The position numbers and the translations under genes are program-made. Positions 51,903 through 60,931 of a DNA stretch of 64,000 bases are shown one piece after another; the first letter of the stretch is position 1, and each line of letters opens with the position of its first letter. The DNA is from Candidatus Hydrogenedentota bacterium. Its GTDB lineage: Bacteria > Hydrogenedentota > Hydrogenedentia > Hydrogenedentales > SLHB01. Under the pieces are notes generated by a model. It saw only the letters and a program-made list of their open reading frames with translations, made no database searches and had not been told where the DNA came from. The stretch covers positions 288,001-352,000 of the forward strand of contig CAVUWV010000001.1 of NCBI GenBank assembly GCA_963745075.1, in the 5' to 3' direction.

Positions 51903-53249
51903 ATGGGGCAGGAATTCCATCGGTTCAGAGCGGCCTCACTCGATGAAGCCTACCAGCTCATGCGCGCGCGCCTGGGTGCGGAAGCCATCGTTGTTCGCAC
52001 GACCCAAGTGAAGGAGGGAGGCGTGCTCGGATTGTTTGGGAAGCGCCTTGTGGAACTGACCGCCACGGCGCCCGTTCCCGTTGCGAATGCCAACCGCAAA
52101 CGCAGCGCGGTCGAGAAACGGTACGCGAGCGCATCGTGGCAGAAGAAGGAAAAGGCCATGGAAGTGCCGCGCAGCGCCGTCATGGGTTCGGATCGCGCGG
52201 TAGAAGACTCCGTCGCCTACTTCCAGCAACTCGTTAGCGACGCACAAAAACGAATCGGTGTCCGCCAGCCGGTAGACGCGGCCGCCGGTCAGGGGAATGA
52301 AGCCGTTGCGCCGGTGATTCCGTTCCGACGTCCGGCCAAAGAGCCGCAATCGAACGACGGGGTCCGGCGCGAGTTGCGCGAGTTGCGCGAACTGGTCGAG
52401 GTGCTCGTCGCGGAAGCCCCGGGAACCGGAGTTCCCGCCGAGTGCGCGCCGTGGTACAAGGCCCTCATCGATTCCGGTGTGTCGCGTAAGGCCGCCGCGG
52501 GGCTCGTTGCGGCCGCGGTGCGCGACAGCGATTTGGAATTGATGCGCGACCCCAAAATCCTCGCCCAGCGGATTGCCTTCGAGATCCGCAAGCAGATCCA
52601 AGTAACCGGCGGCATCGGCCTCAACGCCGGCGCCTGCCACAAGGTGGCCCTTGTGGGCGCGACCGGCGTGGGCAAGACGACCAGCCTTGCAAAACTGGCC
52701 GCCCAGTTCGCCGTTCGCGAGCGCGCCAAAGTCGCCCTCGTCACCGCCGACACCTACCGCGTGGCCGCGCCCGAGCAGTTGCGCGTCTATGCAAATATCA
52801 TCGGGATCCCCCTCCACGTGGTGAACGACGCGGCGGAAATGCGGGATACCCTGCGCAAACTCCGCGACTACGACCTTGTCCTGATCGACACGGCGGGGGG
52901 GAGCCAGTTCAACAAAGGACAACTCCGCGAACTTCGTGATATGCTGGAGGCCGCGCAACCCAACGAGACGATGCTCGTTCTGGGCGCCAATACGCAGCTC
53001 GATGACCTGCGCCAGATCGTGCAGAATTTCGCGCCGCTCCGGCCAACCTCGTTGTTCTTCTCGAAGCTCGACGAGACGCGCCGCTACGGCGGCGTCTATA
53101 CCGTGCTAGCGGAAACGGGGTTGCCGCTCGGGTATTTCAGTGTGGGACAAAACGTGCCCGACGACCTGATCCTGGCCCAGCCGGGGATGGTCGCGGATGT
53201 CGTACTCAATGGCAAGGCAACGCAACTGGGTTCGGGAACAAAACGCTAA
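51903..53249 (+). CDS. flhF: SRP-family GTPase FlhF
   Basis: GATGVGKTT, DTYRVAA.EQL, DTAG, SKLDE and GQNVPDD. Confidence 0.95.
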   Translation: MGQEFHRFRAASLDEAYQLMRARLGAEAIVVRTTQVKEGGVLGLFGKRLVELTATAPVPVANANRKRSAVEKRYASASWQKKEKAMEVPRSAVMGSDRAVEDSVAYFQQLVSDAQKRIGVRQPVDAAAGQGNEAVAPVIPFRRPAKEPQSNDGVRRELRELRELVEVLVAEAPGTGVPAECAPWYKALIDSGVSRKAAAGLVAAAVRDSDLELMRDPKILAQRIAFEIRKQIQVTGGIGLNAGACHKVALVGATGVGKTTSLAKLAAQFAVRERAKVALVTADTYRVAAPEQLRVYANIIGIPLHVVNDAAEMRDTLRKLRDYDLVLIDTAGGSQFNKGQLRELRDMLEAAQPNETMLVLGANTQLDDLRQIVQNFAPLRPTSLFFSKLDETRRYGGVYTVLAETGLPLGYFSVGQNVPDDLILAQPGMVADVVLNGKATQLGSGTKR

Positions 53250-53276
53250 CTTCGGCGCAGCGCGTCGCAACATAGG

Positions 53277-54155
53277 GTGATTCCAATCGTGGCAGATCAG
53301 GCGCAAAACCTACGGGAATTCGTTCGGCAACAACAGCGCGGCGCCCGCGTGCTCGCGGTCACCAGCGGGAAAGGCGGGGTCGGCAAAACCAACACCAGCA
53401 TCAACCTCGCCATCGCGCTGGCGGCCAAAGGTAAAGCCGTCTCCGTGATCGACGCCGACCTGGGGTTGGCCAACGTCGAGGTCCTGCTGGGCCTCAACTC
53501 GCTCTACAACCTCCAGCACGTCATCACCGGCGAGCGCTCCATGCTCGACGTCTTGACCCAGGGTCCCGGTGGCATCAACGTTGTGCCCGGCAGCTCCGGC
53601 ATCGCCCGCCTCGCGGACATGGGACCCAACGCGCGCCAGAATGTCCTCGATGGCCTCGAACAGCTCCAGGACAGCAGCGATTTCATCGTCATCGACACCA
53701 TGGCCGGTATCGGGCAAAACGCCGTTGCTTTCGCGGCCGCCGCGGACGAAATCCTCCTCGTGACCACGCCCGAGCCGTCGTCCATCGTCGACGCCTACGC
53801 CATGATCAAGACCGTCTACCAGACCCGCGACGATGCCGTGTTCCGCCTCATCGTGAACATGGCCCTGAACGAAGCCCAGGCCCGTGCCGTCGCCACCAAG
53901 ATGTCCCACGTCGCCCAGCAGTTCCTGGGCCGCAAGATTTCCTACCTCGGCTACCTCCCCCGCGACCCCCACGTCGCCCAAGCCGTCATGCAATCCACCC
54001 CCTTCAGCCTCCGCTACCCCAGCTGCTCCGCCGCGAAAAACATGAAAGACCTCGCTACCCGCATCGAACAACAGCGCCTCGACCAGCCCGGCCAATCCCG
54101 CGCCGGCTTCTTCCGCCGCATCGCCGAAAACCTCGGCCTCGCCAGCAACGGCTAG
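53277..54155 (+). CDS. flhG: MinD/ParA-family ATPase FlhG (FleN)
   Basis: DQAQNLR, SGKGGVGKT, DADLGLAN and TPEPSSI.DAYA; follows flhF. Confidence 0.93.
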   Translation: MIPIVADQAQNLREFVRQQQRGARVLAVTSGKGGVGKTNTSINLAIALAAKGKAVSVIDADLGLANVEVLLGLNSLYNLQHVITGERSMLDVLTQGPGGINVVPGSSGIARLADMGPNARQNVLDGLEQLQDSSDFIVIDTMAGIGQNAVAFAAAADEILLVTTPEPSSIVDAYAMIKTVYQTRDDAVFRLIVNMALNEAQARAVATKMSHVAQQFLGRKISYLGYLPRDPHVAQAVMQSTPFSLRYPSCSAAKNMKDLATRIEQQRLDQPGQSRAGFFRRIAENLGLASNG

Positions 54156-54288
54156 GCAGCAAACACATTCGTCCACGCCATGGTGAAGAAAGCACTGCCA
54201 GATCCACGCCCTCGTCAGACAAGGTCATTTGCAGCCTTAGCGACCGGCAAGAATCCGTTAACGAAGCTCGAATACGAGATGTTGTTCT

Positions 54289-54373
54289 GCCCTTTCAGGG
54301 CGGTCCACTTGGGGGATGCGTTTGTCCCAGGGCGTTGCCCTGGGCTGCCATGTCACGGCCCTTCGGGCCTGAA
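54289..54373. repeat. Composite tri-hairpin REP (GCCCTTTCAGGGC...CCCAGGGCGTTGCCCTGGG...GCCCTTCGGGCC), copy A
   Basis: Homologous to 55409-55492 and 56177-56259, and inverted at 54847-54927. Confidence 0.85.
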
Positions 54374-54546
54374 GAATACCGCCGGGAAGCGCTTCTTCAG
54401 ATAGGTCGTGCTTTATTCGGGTGCTACTTGGCCACTTTCAAAGCCTGCTCGTGTGGCGATGATTTTGGCTCGTTGAAGGACGAAGCCCAATGGACGGCAG
54501 ATCCCGCGGACGTCACGCGTTATCACTACGCTATGGTGAAGCACGA

Positions 54547-54739
54547 CTAGAGCGGCTAAAGTTCTCTCGTAGCCGTTTCTGACCTCTCGTACTCGTTCTC
54601 GCACTTCGTACTCATACCGGGGTCGCCGAGCGGGTAGAGAATGCAATTTGGATAACCCAACACGCCATTTCTCCATCCTGCCAAGACTATGCGCTTCGTT
54701 GAAAACGAGTACGAAGTGCGATTGAGAGGTCACAAGAAG
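54547..54739. repeat. Dispersed hairpin element, copy 2
   Basis: Reverse complement aligns with 11302-11503. Confidence 0.7.
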
Positions 54740-54846
54740 ACGTAAAACGCACTACCTGCAATTGAATTAATGTCGAGAATGCCGACTCCGCCGACCAAGT
54801 CGAGAATGTCGTCCCAACGACGCGGGAACTACTTCGTATGGAATTC

Positions 54847-55492
54847 GCCCCGAAGGGGCTTTAACATGACAGCCTAGGGCAACGCCCTGGGATCCGAATC
54901 GTCTCTCTTTGTAAGCCCTGAAAGGGCGAAACAGGAGCAATCAGATGGCGCAATCCCTGTCAATGAACCTACTCCATCTCATCTACAGCACCAAAAACCG
55001 CGAAGCCTGCCTCACCGACGAAATCCGCCCAAAACTCTTCGCATACCAATCGGGTATTCTCAAAGAATTGGACAGCGCCGCTATCGTTATTGGTGGCACA
55101 GAAGACCATCTTCATGCGCTGTTCACGTTGTCGAAGACCCGCGCCTTGTGCGATGTCGTCGAGGAGGTGAAAAAGGGATCGTCCAAATGGCTCAAAACCC
55201 AGGGCTCGGAATTCGCCGGCTTCCATTGGCAAAACGGCTATGGTGCATTCTCCTTGAGCGAGTCTCACGTGGCCAAGGCCCGCCGTTACATTGAAAGGCA
55301 AGAAGAACACCACCGCACGCTGACGTTCCAGGAAGGATTCCGTTTGTTTCTGAAACGGTATCGCATTGAATATGACGAACGTTACGTCTGGGACTGACGC
55401 CCTGTCCTGCCCTTTCAGGGCGATCACCATGGGGGTGCCGTTATCCCAGGGCGTTGCCCTGGGCTGCCATGACTTGGCCCTTCGGGCCTGAA
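54847..55492 (+). mobile_element. IS200-family/REP-associated HUH transposase flanked by inverted composite REPs
   Basis: Inverted REP copies at 54847-54927 and 55409-55492 bracket the tnpA gene; no tnpB. Confidence 0.8.
54945..55397 (+). CDS. tnpA: IS200/IS605-family Y1 transposase
   Basis: HLIYSTKNR, HUH motif DHLH, WQNGYGAFS and catalytic Tyr in RYIERQEEHH. Confidence 0.93.
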   Translation: MAQSLSMNLLHLIYSTKNREACLTDEIRPKLFAYQSGILKELDSAAIVIGGTEDHLHALFTLSKTRALCDVVEEVKKGSSKWLKTQGSEFAGFHWQNGYGAFSLSESHVAKARRYIERQEEHHRTLTFQEGFRLFLKRYRIEYDERYVWD

Positions 55493-55845
55493 AGGCCCCA
55501 AACATGATAGCCCGGGACTCATATGACTTGGCCTTTGGGCCTGCGAAAAGGCCCCAAACATGATAGCCCGGGGCTCATATGACTTGGCCTTTCGGGCCTG
55601 AAAGGCCCTAAACATGATAGCCCGGGGCTCATTATGACTTGGCCTTTCGGGCCTGAAAGGCCCCAAACATGATAGCCCGGGGCTCATATGACTTGGCCTT
55701 TCGGGCCTGAAAGGCCCCAAACATGATAGCCCGGGACTCATATGACTTGGCCTTTCGGGCCTGAAAGGCCCCAAACATGATAGCCCGGGGCTCATATGAC
55801 TTGGCCTTTCGGGCCTGAAAGGCCCCAAACATGATAGCCCGGGGC
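55469..55845. repeat. Tandem array of seven ~54-bp palindrome-containing units
   Basis: Unit atgacttggcctttcgggcctgaaaggccccaaacatgatagcccggggctcat starts at 55469, 55523, 55579, 55634, 55688, 55742 and 55796. Confidence 0.95.
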
Positions 55846-55981
55846 AGAGCGAAGCGTCGCCCCGGGTACTTGGTATTCCCAAGAACATGAGCGCTGAAAG
55901 TGCGATACAAAGGGCGCGCTCGCAGCGATCGGACGGCCGACATTTATGGTCGCAAATCGCGAGAGTGATCGCGGGGTTTTC

Positions 55982-56149
55982 GAGCAGTTTGAGTCTTCTC
56001 GTAGCCGCCGCTGCCCTTACGTACTCGTTCTCGTACTCGAATCGTCGAGCGGGTAGGGTTGCGGTTTGGCCAACCCAACACGTCGTTCCTCCGCTGTGTC
56101 AAAACTTTGCATCTCGTCGAGTACGAAGTACGATTAAGAGGACACGGAA
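55982..56149. repeat. Dispersed hairpin element, copy 3
   Basis: Reverse complement begins ttccgtgtcctcttaatcgtacttcgtactcg, as at 11302, and ends actcaaactgctc. Confidence 0.8.
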
Positions 56150-56176
56150 GCAGTTAAGATGCCCGAGCCTCGTCCT

Positions 56177-56259
56177 GCCCTTTCAGGGCGATCGACATGG
56201 GGTGCCGTTATCCCAGGGCGTTGCACCGGGCTACCATGTCTTGACCCTTCGGGCCGGAA
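56177..56259. repeat. Composite tri-hairpin REP, copy D
   Basis: Close match to 55409-55492. Confidence 0.8.
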
Positions 56260-56399
56260 GCGCGGAGAGTAACATCGTCGGGGTGCCGAGTGATATCGGG
56301 CGGCTTGTGGAGTGGCATTCGTTTACGCGGCACATAGCGTCCATCACGTCTATTCAGTCCATATTGTCCATTTTGTGGCCAGGCGCGCAGCTGCTCCGC

Positions 56400-57137
56400 C
56401 TACATCCTGAACCGCTCGCCCAAATACGCCCGTCGCACCGTCTCATTCGCGACGATCTCCTCCGGCGTCCCCGCGCAGATGATCTTCCCTTCTTCGATGA
56501 TGTAAGCGCGATCGGTGATTTCGAGCGTGTCGCGCACGTTGTGGTCGGTGATGAGAACGCCGATCTCGATCTTCTTCAGCGCCTGCACGATGTCCTGCAA
56601 ATCCGCGACCGCGATGGGGTCGATCCCCGCGAAAGGTTCGTCGAGCAGAAACACCTTCGGCGCAGTGACGAGCGCGCGGCATATTTCCGTGCGTCGCCGT
56701 TCGCCGCCCGACAGGGTATACGCCAGGTTATCCGCGCGGTCCGCGATGTTGAGATCCTGCATGAGTTGATCGGCCCGTTCCCGGCGTTGGGACCGGCTCA
56801 TGGACTTGTGCTCGAGGACGGCCATGAGGTTCTGGCGCACCGTGAGCTTGCGAAACACAGACGGTTCCTGGGGCAGGTAGGCCATGCCCGCCCGCGCCCG
56901 GCGGTACATGGGATACTTGGTCACGTCCTGGCCGGAAAACCAGATGCTGCCCTTCGTGGGACGCAGCATGCCGACCGCCATGCGGAACGTAGTCGTCTTG
57001 CCCGCGCCGTTGGGTCCCAGCAGGCCGACCACCTCGCCGGGGTTCACCTCGATCGACACGTCGTTCACCACGACACGCCGTTTGAACCGTTTGACCAACC
57101 CGTCCGCTCTTAAAAGGGGCGCTCCATTACCCGCCAC
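56400..57137 (-). CDS. lptB: LPS export ABC ATPase
   Basis: GPNGAGKTT, YLPQEPSVFRKL, LSGGERRR, LDEPFAGIDP and ITDHNVR. Confidence 0.96.
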   Translation of the reverse strand: MAGNGAPLLRADGLVKRFKRRVVVNDVSIEVNPGEVVGLLGPNGAGKTTTFRMAVGMLRPTKGSIWFSGQDVTKYPMYRRARAGMAYLPQEPSVFRKLTVRQNLMAVLEHKSMSRSQRRERADQLMQDLNIADRADNLAYTLSGGERRRTEICRALVTAPKVFLLDEPFAGIDPIAVADLQDIVQALKKIEIGVLITDHNVRDTLEITDRAYIIEEGKIICAGTPEEIVANETVRRAYLGERFRM

Positions 57138-57357
57138 GAATCTCGTTCTCCTTCAGTAAGCCGTAATTTGCATAGACGTACAGGCGCGCTCGCGACATGG
57201 ACTATAGAGACAAGTCGCACGGACAATTGCCGCGCCCTTTTCGTCCATAGTGTCCATAGTGTCCATTTCGTCCAACGCGCTGTCTCAACTGTCCTTCTCC
57301 GTCGGCTTCCCCTGGCGTCCCTGTCGTCCCTGAAACCTCCGCTTCGGCTTCTGCCCC

Positions 57358-57393
57358 CTCCCCCTTTGAAGGGGGATCAAGGGGGATGTTCTT
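57358..57393. repeat. REP-like palindrome ctccccctttgaaggggga family, copy 2
   Basis: Matches 16525-16560. Confidence 0.75.
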
Positions 57394-57403
57394 TCCGTTC
57401 CGT

Positions 57404-58819
57404 CTATTGCTGCGCAGGCGTCTCGCCTTCGTCCGGTTTGCCGAGTCTGCGTTGGTCCATTTCTTCGATTGACGTGCCCTGCATGCTCATGTTGCCCGTG
57501 ACGAGATCATAGACCACCCGTTTCGCGGTCGCGCCAGTGAGCCCGGGTTGGCTGCCTTTCACGTTACCCGTAAACGTCAGCGTGTTACTCGCCATGTCCA
57601 AATCCGCCGAGTCGGATTCGATATCGGTCGTCGGCCCGTCGACTTTCACGTCGCCCGTCATGACGATGCGGTCGGGCGTCGGCTTGTCCGCGGAATACGC
57701 GAAGGTCAGTTCCCTCGCATCGAGCGCCAGTGGCGGCGCGTCTTCTTCTTTCCCGTGCATGAGGAGCTGCACCCCGCCACGCATCCAGTTCAGCTTTCCC
57801 GCTGTCATGGATACTTCCGGCGCCTTTTCGATGTCCATCTTCGAGAAGGGACTCGTGGACTCCTCGTTCGCCCCTTCGTCCGCTCCCTCGGCCGGTGCGG
57901 GTTCACCGATATCGAGCCCTTGCGCGCGGAGGTTCGTCATTTCCGCATCACCCGTATCGAGGTTATAGGTCAGTTTGTCCGTATCAAAGGTCTCGATCTG
58001 TTCGGTCTTTCCCTTCACGTTCCCGGTAAACTCGAGGCGCTTCTTCCCGAGGTCGAGGTCCGCCTTTTCGGAACGGATGTCCCCCTGGGGGCCGTCCACC
58101 CGCACGTTGCTGCGCATCTGAATCGCGGCCGGCTGCCCGGACGGAGACCATGCAATCCCCACGTTCGCAGCACTGAGTTTGAGTCGCTGCGCGCCGGACG
58201 TGGCCGGTTGCAGCGTGATCGACACGCCGCCCGACATCCGATCGACCTGCCCGTCGTTGAAACTCACCGCGCCCGCGCGGTCGATATCCATCTGCGAATA
58301 GTCCGTCTCGCCTGACGCGCCCTCTCCGCCGCCGATTTCGATGCCCGTCGCGCGAAGGTTGACCATCTGCGAATCGCCGGAATTCAGGTCGTACACGATC
58401 TCGTCCGCCTCAAACGAAGCGATCTGTTCGGAACTCCCGCTCACGTTTCCGGTAAACGTCAGCAGGCCCGCCTTCATATCGAGTACCGCCTGGCTGGATT
58501 GGATGTCGCCCTGTGGGCTGTCGACGCGGACTTGATCCTTGAGATTGATGCGCGTGGGTGAGTTGCCTCCGTCCTCGGGCCACACAAAAGAAATCTCCTG
58601 CGCGCCGAGCCGCATGGGCCGTACCGAATCGTCCGCGCCGCGCAATACGATCTCCACGCCGCCCGAGATGGTTTCCAGGCGCGAATCCTTGAATTCGACC
58701 CGCGGCGCCGGTTTCTGGATGTCGATATAGGTGTAGTTCGTCGAACCAACCTGTGCGGCCGCGAGCGGCAGCATGGCAAGTGCGGCGACATAGATAGCCG
58801 ATCGGGTTCGGACACTCAT
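57404..58819 (-). CDS. lptA: LptA/OstA-like periplasmic protein with three tandem beta-jellyroll repeats
   Basis: Signal peptide; three repeats of GGV...V.VD.P..DI.S..A.LD.....L.FTGNV.G...Y.L.(S/T)G; position between lptC-like and lptB. Confidence 0.75.
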   Translation of the reverse strand: MSVRTRSAIYVAALAMLPLAAAQVGSTNYTYIDIQKPAPRVEFKDSRLETISGGVEIVLRGADDSVRPMRLGAQEISFVWPEDGGNSPTRINLKDQVRVDSPQGDIQSSQAVLDMKAGLLTFTGNVSGSSEQIASFEADEIVYDLNSGDSQMVNLRATGIEIGGGEGASGETDYSQMDIDRAGAVSFNDGQVDRMSGGVSITLQPATSGAQRLKLSAANVGIAWSPSGQPAAIQMRSNVRVDGPQGDIRSEKADLDLGKKRLEFTGNVKGKTEQIETFDTDKLTYNLDTGDAEMTNLRAQGLDIGEPAPAEGADEGANEESTSPFSKMDIEKAPEVSMTAGKLNWMRGGVQLLMHGKEEDAPPLALDARELTFAYSADKPTPDRIVMTGDVKVDGPTTDIESDSADLDMASNTLTFTGNVKGSQPGLTGATAKRVVYDLVTGNMSMQGTSIEEMDQRRLGKPDEGETPAQQ

Positions 58820-59415
58820 GGCGACGTCTCCCGTTGCTCAAGGCTCACCGTGCCGGTCACGCCGTCGAGAAGCAGCGTTTTCGAATCCGCATGGTACTCC
58901 ATGCCCTGCGCGGATAGTTTCGTTTCGCCGTCGGTCACGGTGAGAGGGCTCCCCGAACGGGCCGTGCCGTCCTTGTTCGTCCACTCCATGTCTTGCAGTT
59001 CCACATGCTGAGGTCCGAGATCCACCGTGACCCCGTCCCGCAACGAGGCCGTATCGGCTTTCTCGTCAAACTCGGCGCTGCCGGCTTCAAACTTCGTTGG
59101 CTGGCCGTCCAAATCGTAAATGATCGCTGTCGCGGGCGTCAGCGCCCACCGCCCATCTTCCATCAGAGAACACTGGGGCGACGATATCTCGAAACTGGCG
59201 CCCCGCGATTCACCGCCTGCCATGTCGGGGCGAAACGCGCGTAACGTCATGCTCCCGCTCATACTGACTTGCGCATCCTCTTTCGGCCTCGTTGTCCCGG
59301 CAGGCGTAGAAGCGCTCGAAGACTCGGGCGTTTCCACCGGCGCCGTACTGGACTTGTTACAGGCGGAAGTCGCAAGCAGGAACGCGCACGCCGCGAGTGC
59401 GTTTGCCGTCCTCAT
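58816..59415 (-). CDS. lptC: LptC-like protein with lipoprotein-type signal
   Basis: LATSAC lipobox-like motif; beta-rich domain ending LSAQGMEY......LLL..V.G; operon position. Confidence 0.65.
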   Translation of the reverse strand: MRTANALAACAFLLATSACNKSSTAPVETPESSSASTPAGTTRPKEDAQVSMSGSMTLRAFRPDMAGGESRGASFEISSPQCSLMEDGRWALTPATAIIYDLDGQPTKFEAGSAEFDEKADTASLRDGVTVDLGPQHVELQDMEWTNKDGTARSGSPLTVTDGETKLSAQGMEYHADSKTLLLDGVTGTVSLEQRETSP

Positions 59416-60185
59416 GGCTGCACCTTTTCATTCTTGCGAAACACCGCTTTTAGTCCCTTCAGAGTCAGCAAGGGGTCGACATGATCGATCTTTCCACTGA
59501 TCTTGGCGATCAATCCGGCAAAACCGCCAGTCGCCACCACCGTCGGTTTTGCGTTCATTTCCTCCGCTATTCGACCGATGAGCCCGTCCACGAGATCCGT
59601 GTATCCATACGTGAGACCCGCCCGGATATGGGAGATCGTGTCTTTGCCAATGACCGTGTCCGGCCGCGCAATCTCCACACGGGGCAGCTTCGCGCACTTC
59701 TCGAAAAGCGCGTCCGCCGAAATCTGTAACCCCGGGACGATCACGCCGCCGCGATACTCCCGATCCGCAGACAGCGCGTCGAACGTAGTGGCAGTCCCGA
59801 AATCCACAACAATCAGCGGTCCCTCATATTCTTCGACAGCGGCGACGGCATTGACGATGCGGTCCGCGCCCACCTCTTTCGGATTGTCGACCTGGATCAC
59901 GATCCCGGTCCGGATGCCGGGCCCCACGAAAAGCGGCTTCACGTCGAAGGCGTTCTTGCACACCACTTCCAACTCGTGGTTGAACTGCGGCACCACGCTG
60001 GATATGCAGCAGCCGTTCACCGCCTTCGGGTCGATCCCGCGCTCCCTAAATAACATGGTATAGAGTACGAGCAACTCGTCGGCGGTTCGGTACGAAGTGA
60101 CCAGCCGCCAATCCGCCTGGAGCGTGTCGCCCTGGTACAGACCAAGGACGGTGTGGGAGTTGCCCACGTCAATGACCAGCAACAT
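59412..60185 (-). CDS. coaX: Type III pantothenate kinase
   Basis: IDVGNS, SSVVP, VGADR, VDFGTATT and ATGG. Confidence 0.95.
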   Translation of the reverse strand: MLLVIDVGNSHTVLGLYQGDTLQADWRLVTSYRTADELLVLYTMLFRERGIDPKAVNGCCISSVVPQFNHELEVVCKNAFDVKPLFVGPGIRTGIVIQVDNPKEVGADRIVNAVAAVEEYEGPLIVVDFGTATTFDALSADREYRGGVIVPGLQISADALFEKCAKLPRVEIARPDTVIGKDTISHIRAGLTYGYTDLVDGLIGRIAEEMNAKPTVVATGGFAGLIAKISGKIDHVDPLLTLKGLKAVFRKNEKVQP

Positions 60186-60190
60186 GGCGG

Positions 60191-60931
60191 TTATGCTCCG
60201 TCCAACTCGATGATTTCTCCGAGCAGAATGCGTTCCCGTCCCAGTGGCGTCTCAACCACCAAGGCCCCGTCGCGTTCCACCGATTGCACCACACCCTCGC
60301 GGCCTTCATGCCGAATCCGGCGGCCCACGATGCCGCACGCCTCCGCCCACTCGGTGTGCACGCGATCCAATTGCCCTGCTCGCAATACTAAAATTCGTTC
60401 GTCGAGCCGCGTCAAAACGTCCCGCAGCAGCGTGCTCCGTTCGCAATCGCGGCCCGAAGCCAGTTCCACCGAGGTGGCCTTCTCGCGCAACTCGATGGGG
60501 AAGTCGTCTTCCGTGTGGTGCACGTTGATGCCGATACCCAGCGCGGTCCGGCCACGCCGGCCTTCAACGAGCACCCCGGAGACTTTGCGTCCATTCAAGA
60601 GTACGTCGTTCGGCCATTTGACGATGGCGTGACCCCATCCCTTCAAAACATCCCGGATAGCCAGCGGCGCCACAAACGCCAAGCCTTCCTGGGGTTTCTC
60701 GAACACGACGCTGAACCACAACCCCAAACCGGGTTCGCTGTGCCACGAGCGCCCGTGCCGCCCGCGCCCTGCCCATTGCATGTCTGCCACCACGACGAGC
60801 CCGTCGCCGCCCAACGTCAAGGCGCGGTCGTTGGTTGACGTGATTTCCTCATACACGAGCACCCGAGAGCCGACAAAGGTCGTATTCAAGGGAGTCGCCA
60901 GGGTGAGCGGCTTTCTAATGGTCTTAGACAT
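60191..60931 (-). CDS. birA: Biotin-protein ligase without N-terminal HTH
   Basis: STND, GRGRHGRSW.S, KWPND and GIGIN. Confidence 0.93.
   Translation of the reverse strand: MSKTIRKPLTLATPLNTTFVGSRVLVYEEITSTNDRALTLGGDGLVVVADMQWAGRGRHGRSWHSEPGLGLWFSVVFEKPQEGLAFVAPLAIRDVLKGWGHAIVKWPNDVLLNGRKVSGVLVEGRRGRTALGIGINVHHTEDDFPIELREKATSVELASGRDCERSTLLRDVLTRLDERILVLRAGQLDRVHTEWAEACGIVGRRIRHEGREGVVQSVERDGALVVETPLGRERILLGEIIELDGA

Noticed and set aside
55469..55845. CRISPR array
   Set aside because: Units repeat end to end with no unique spacers, derive from flanking REPs, and no cas gene is in the window.
54945..55903. IS605-type tnpA-tnpB RNA-guided element
   Set aside because: No TnpB or IscB ORF follows tnpA.
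55424..55943. Repeat-peptide ORFs over the 54-bp array
   Set aside because: By-products of a unit length divisible by 3; indels in some units shift the frame.
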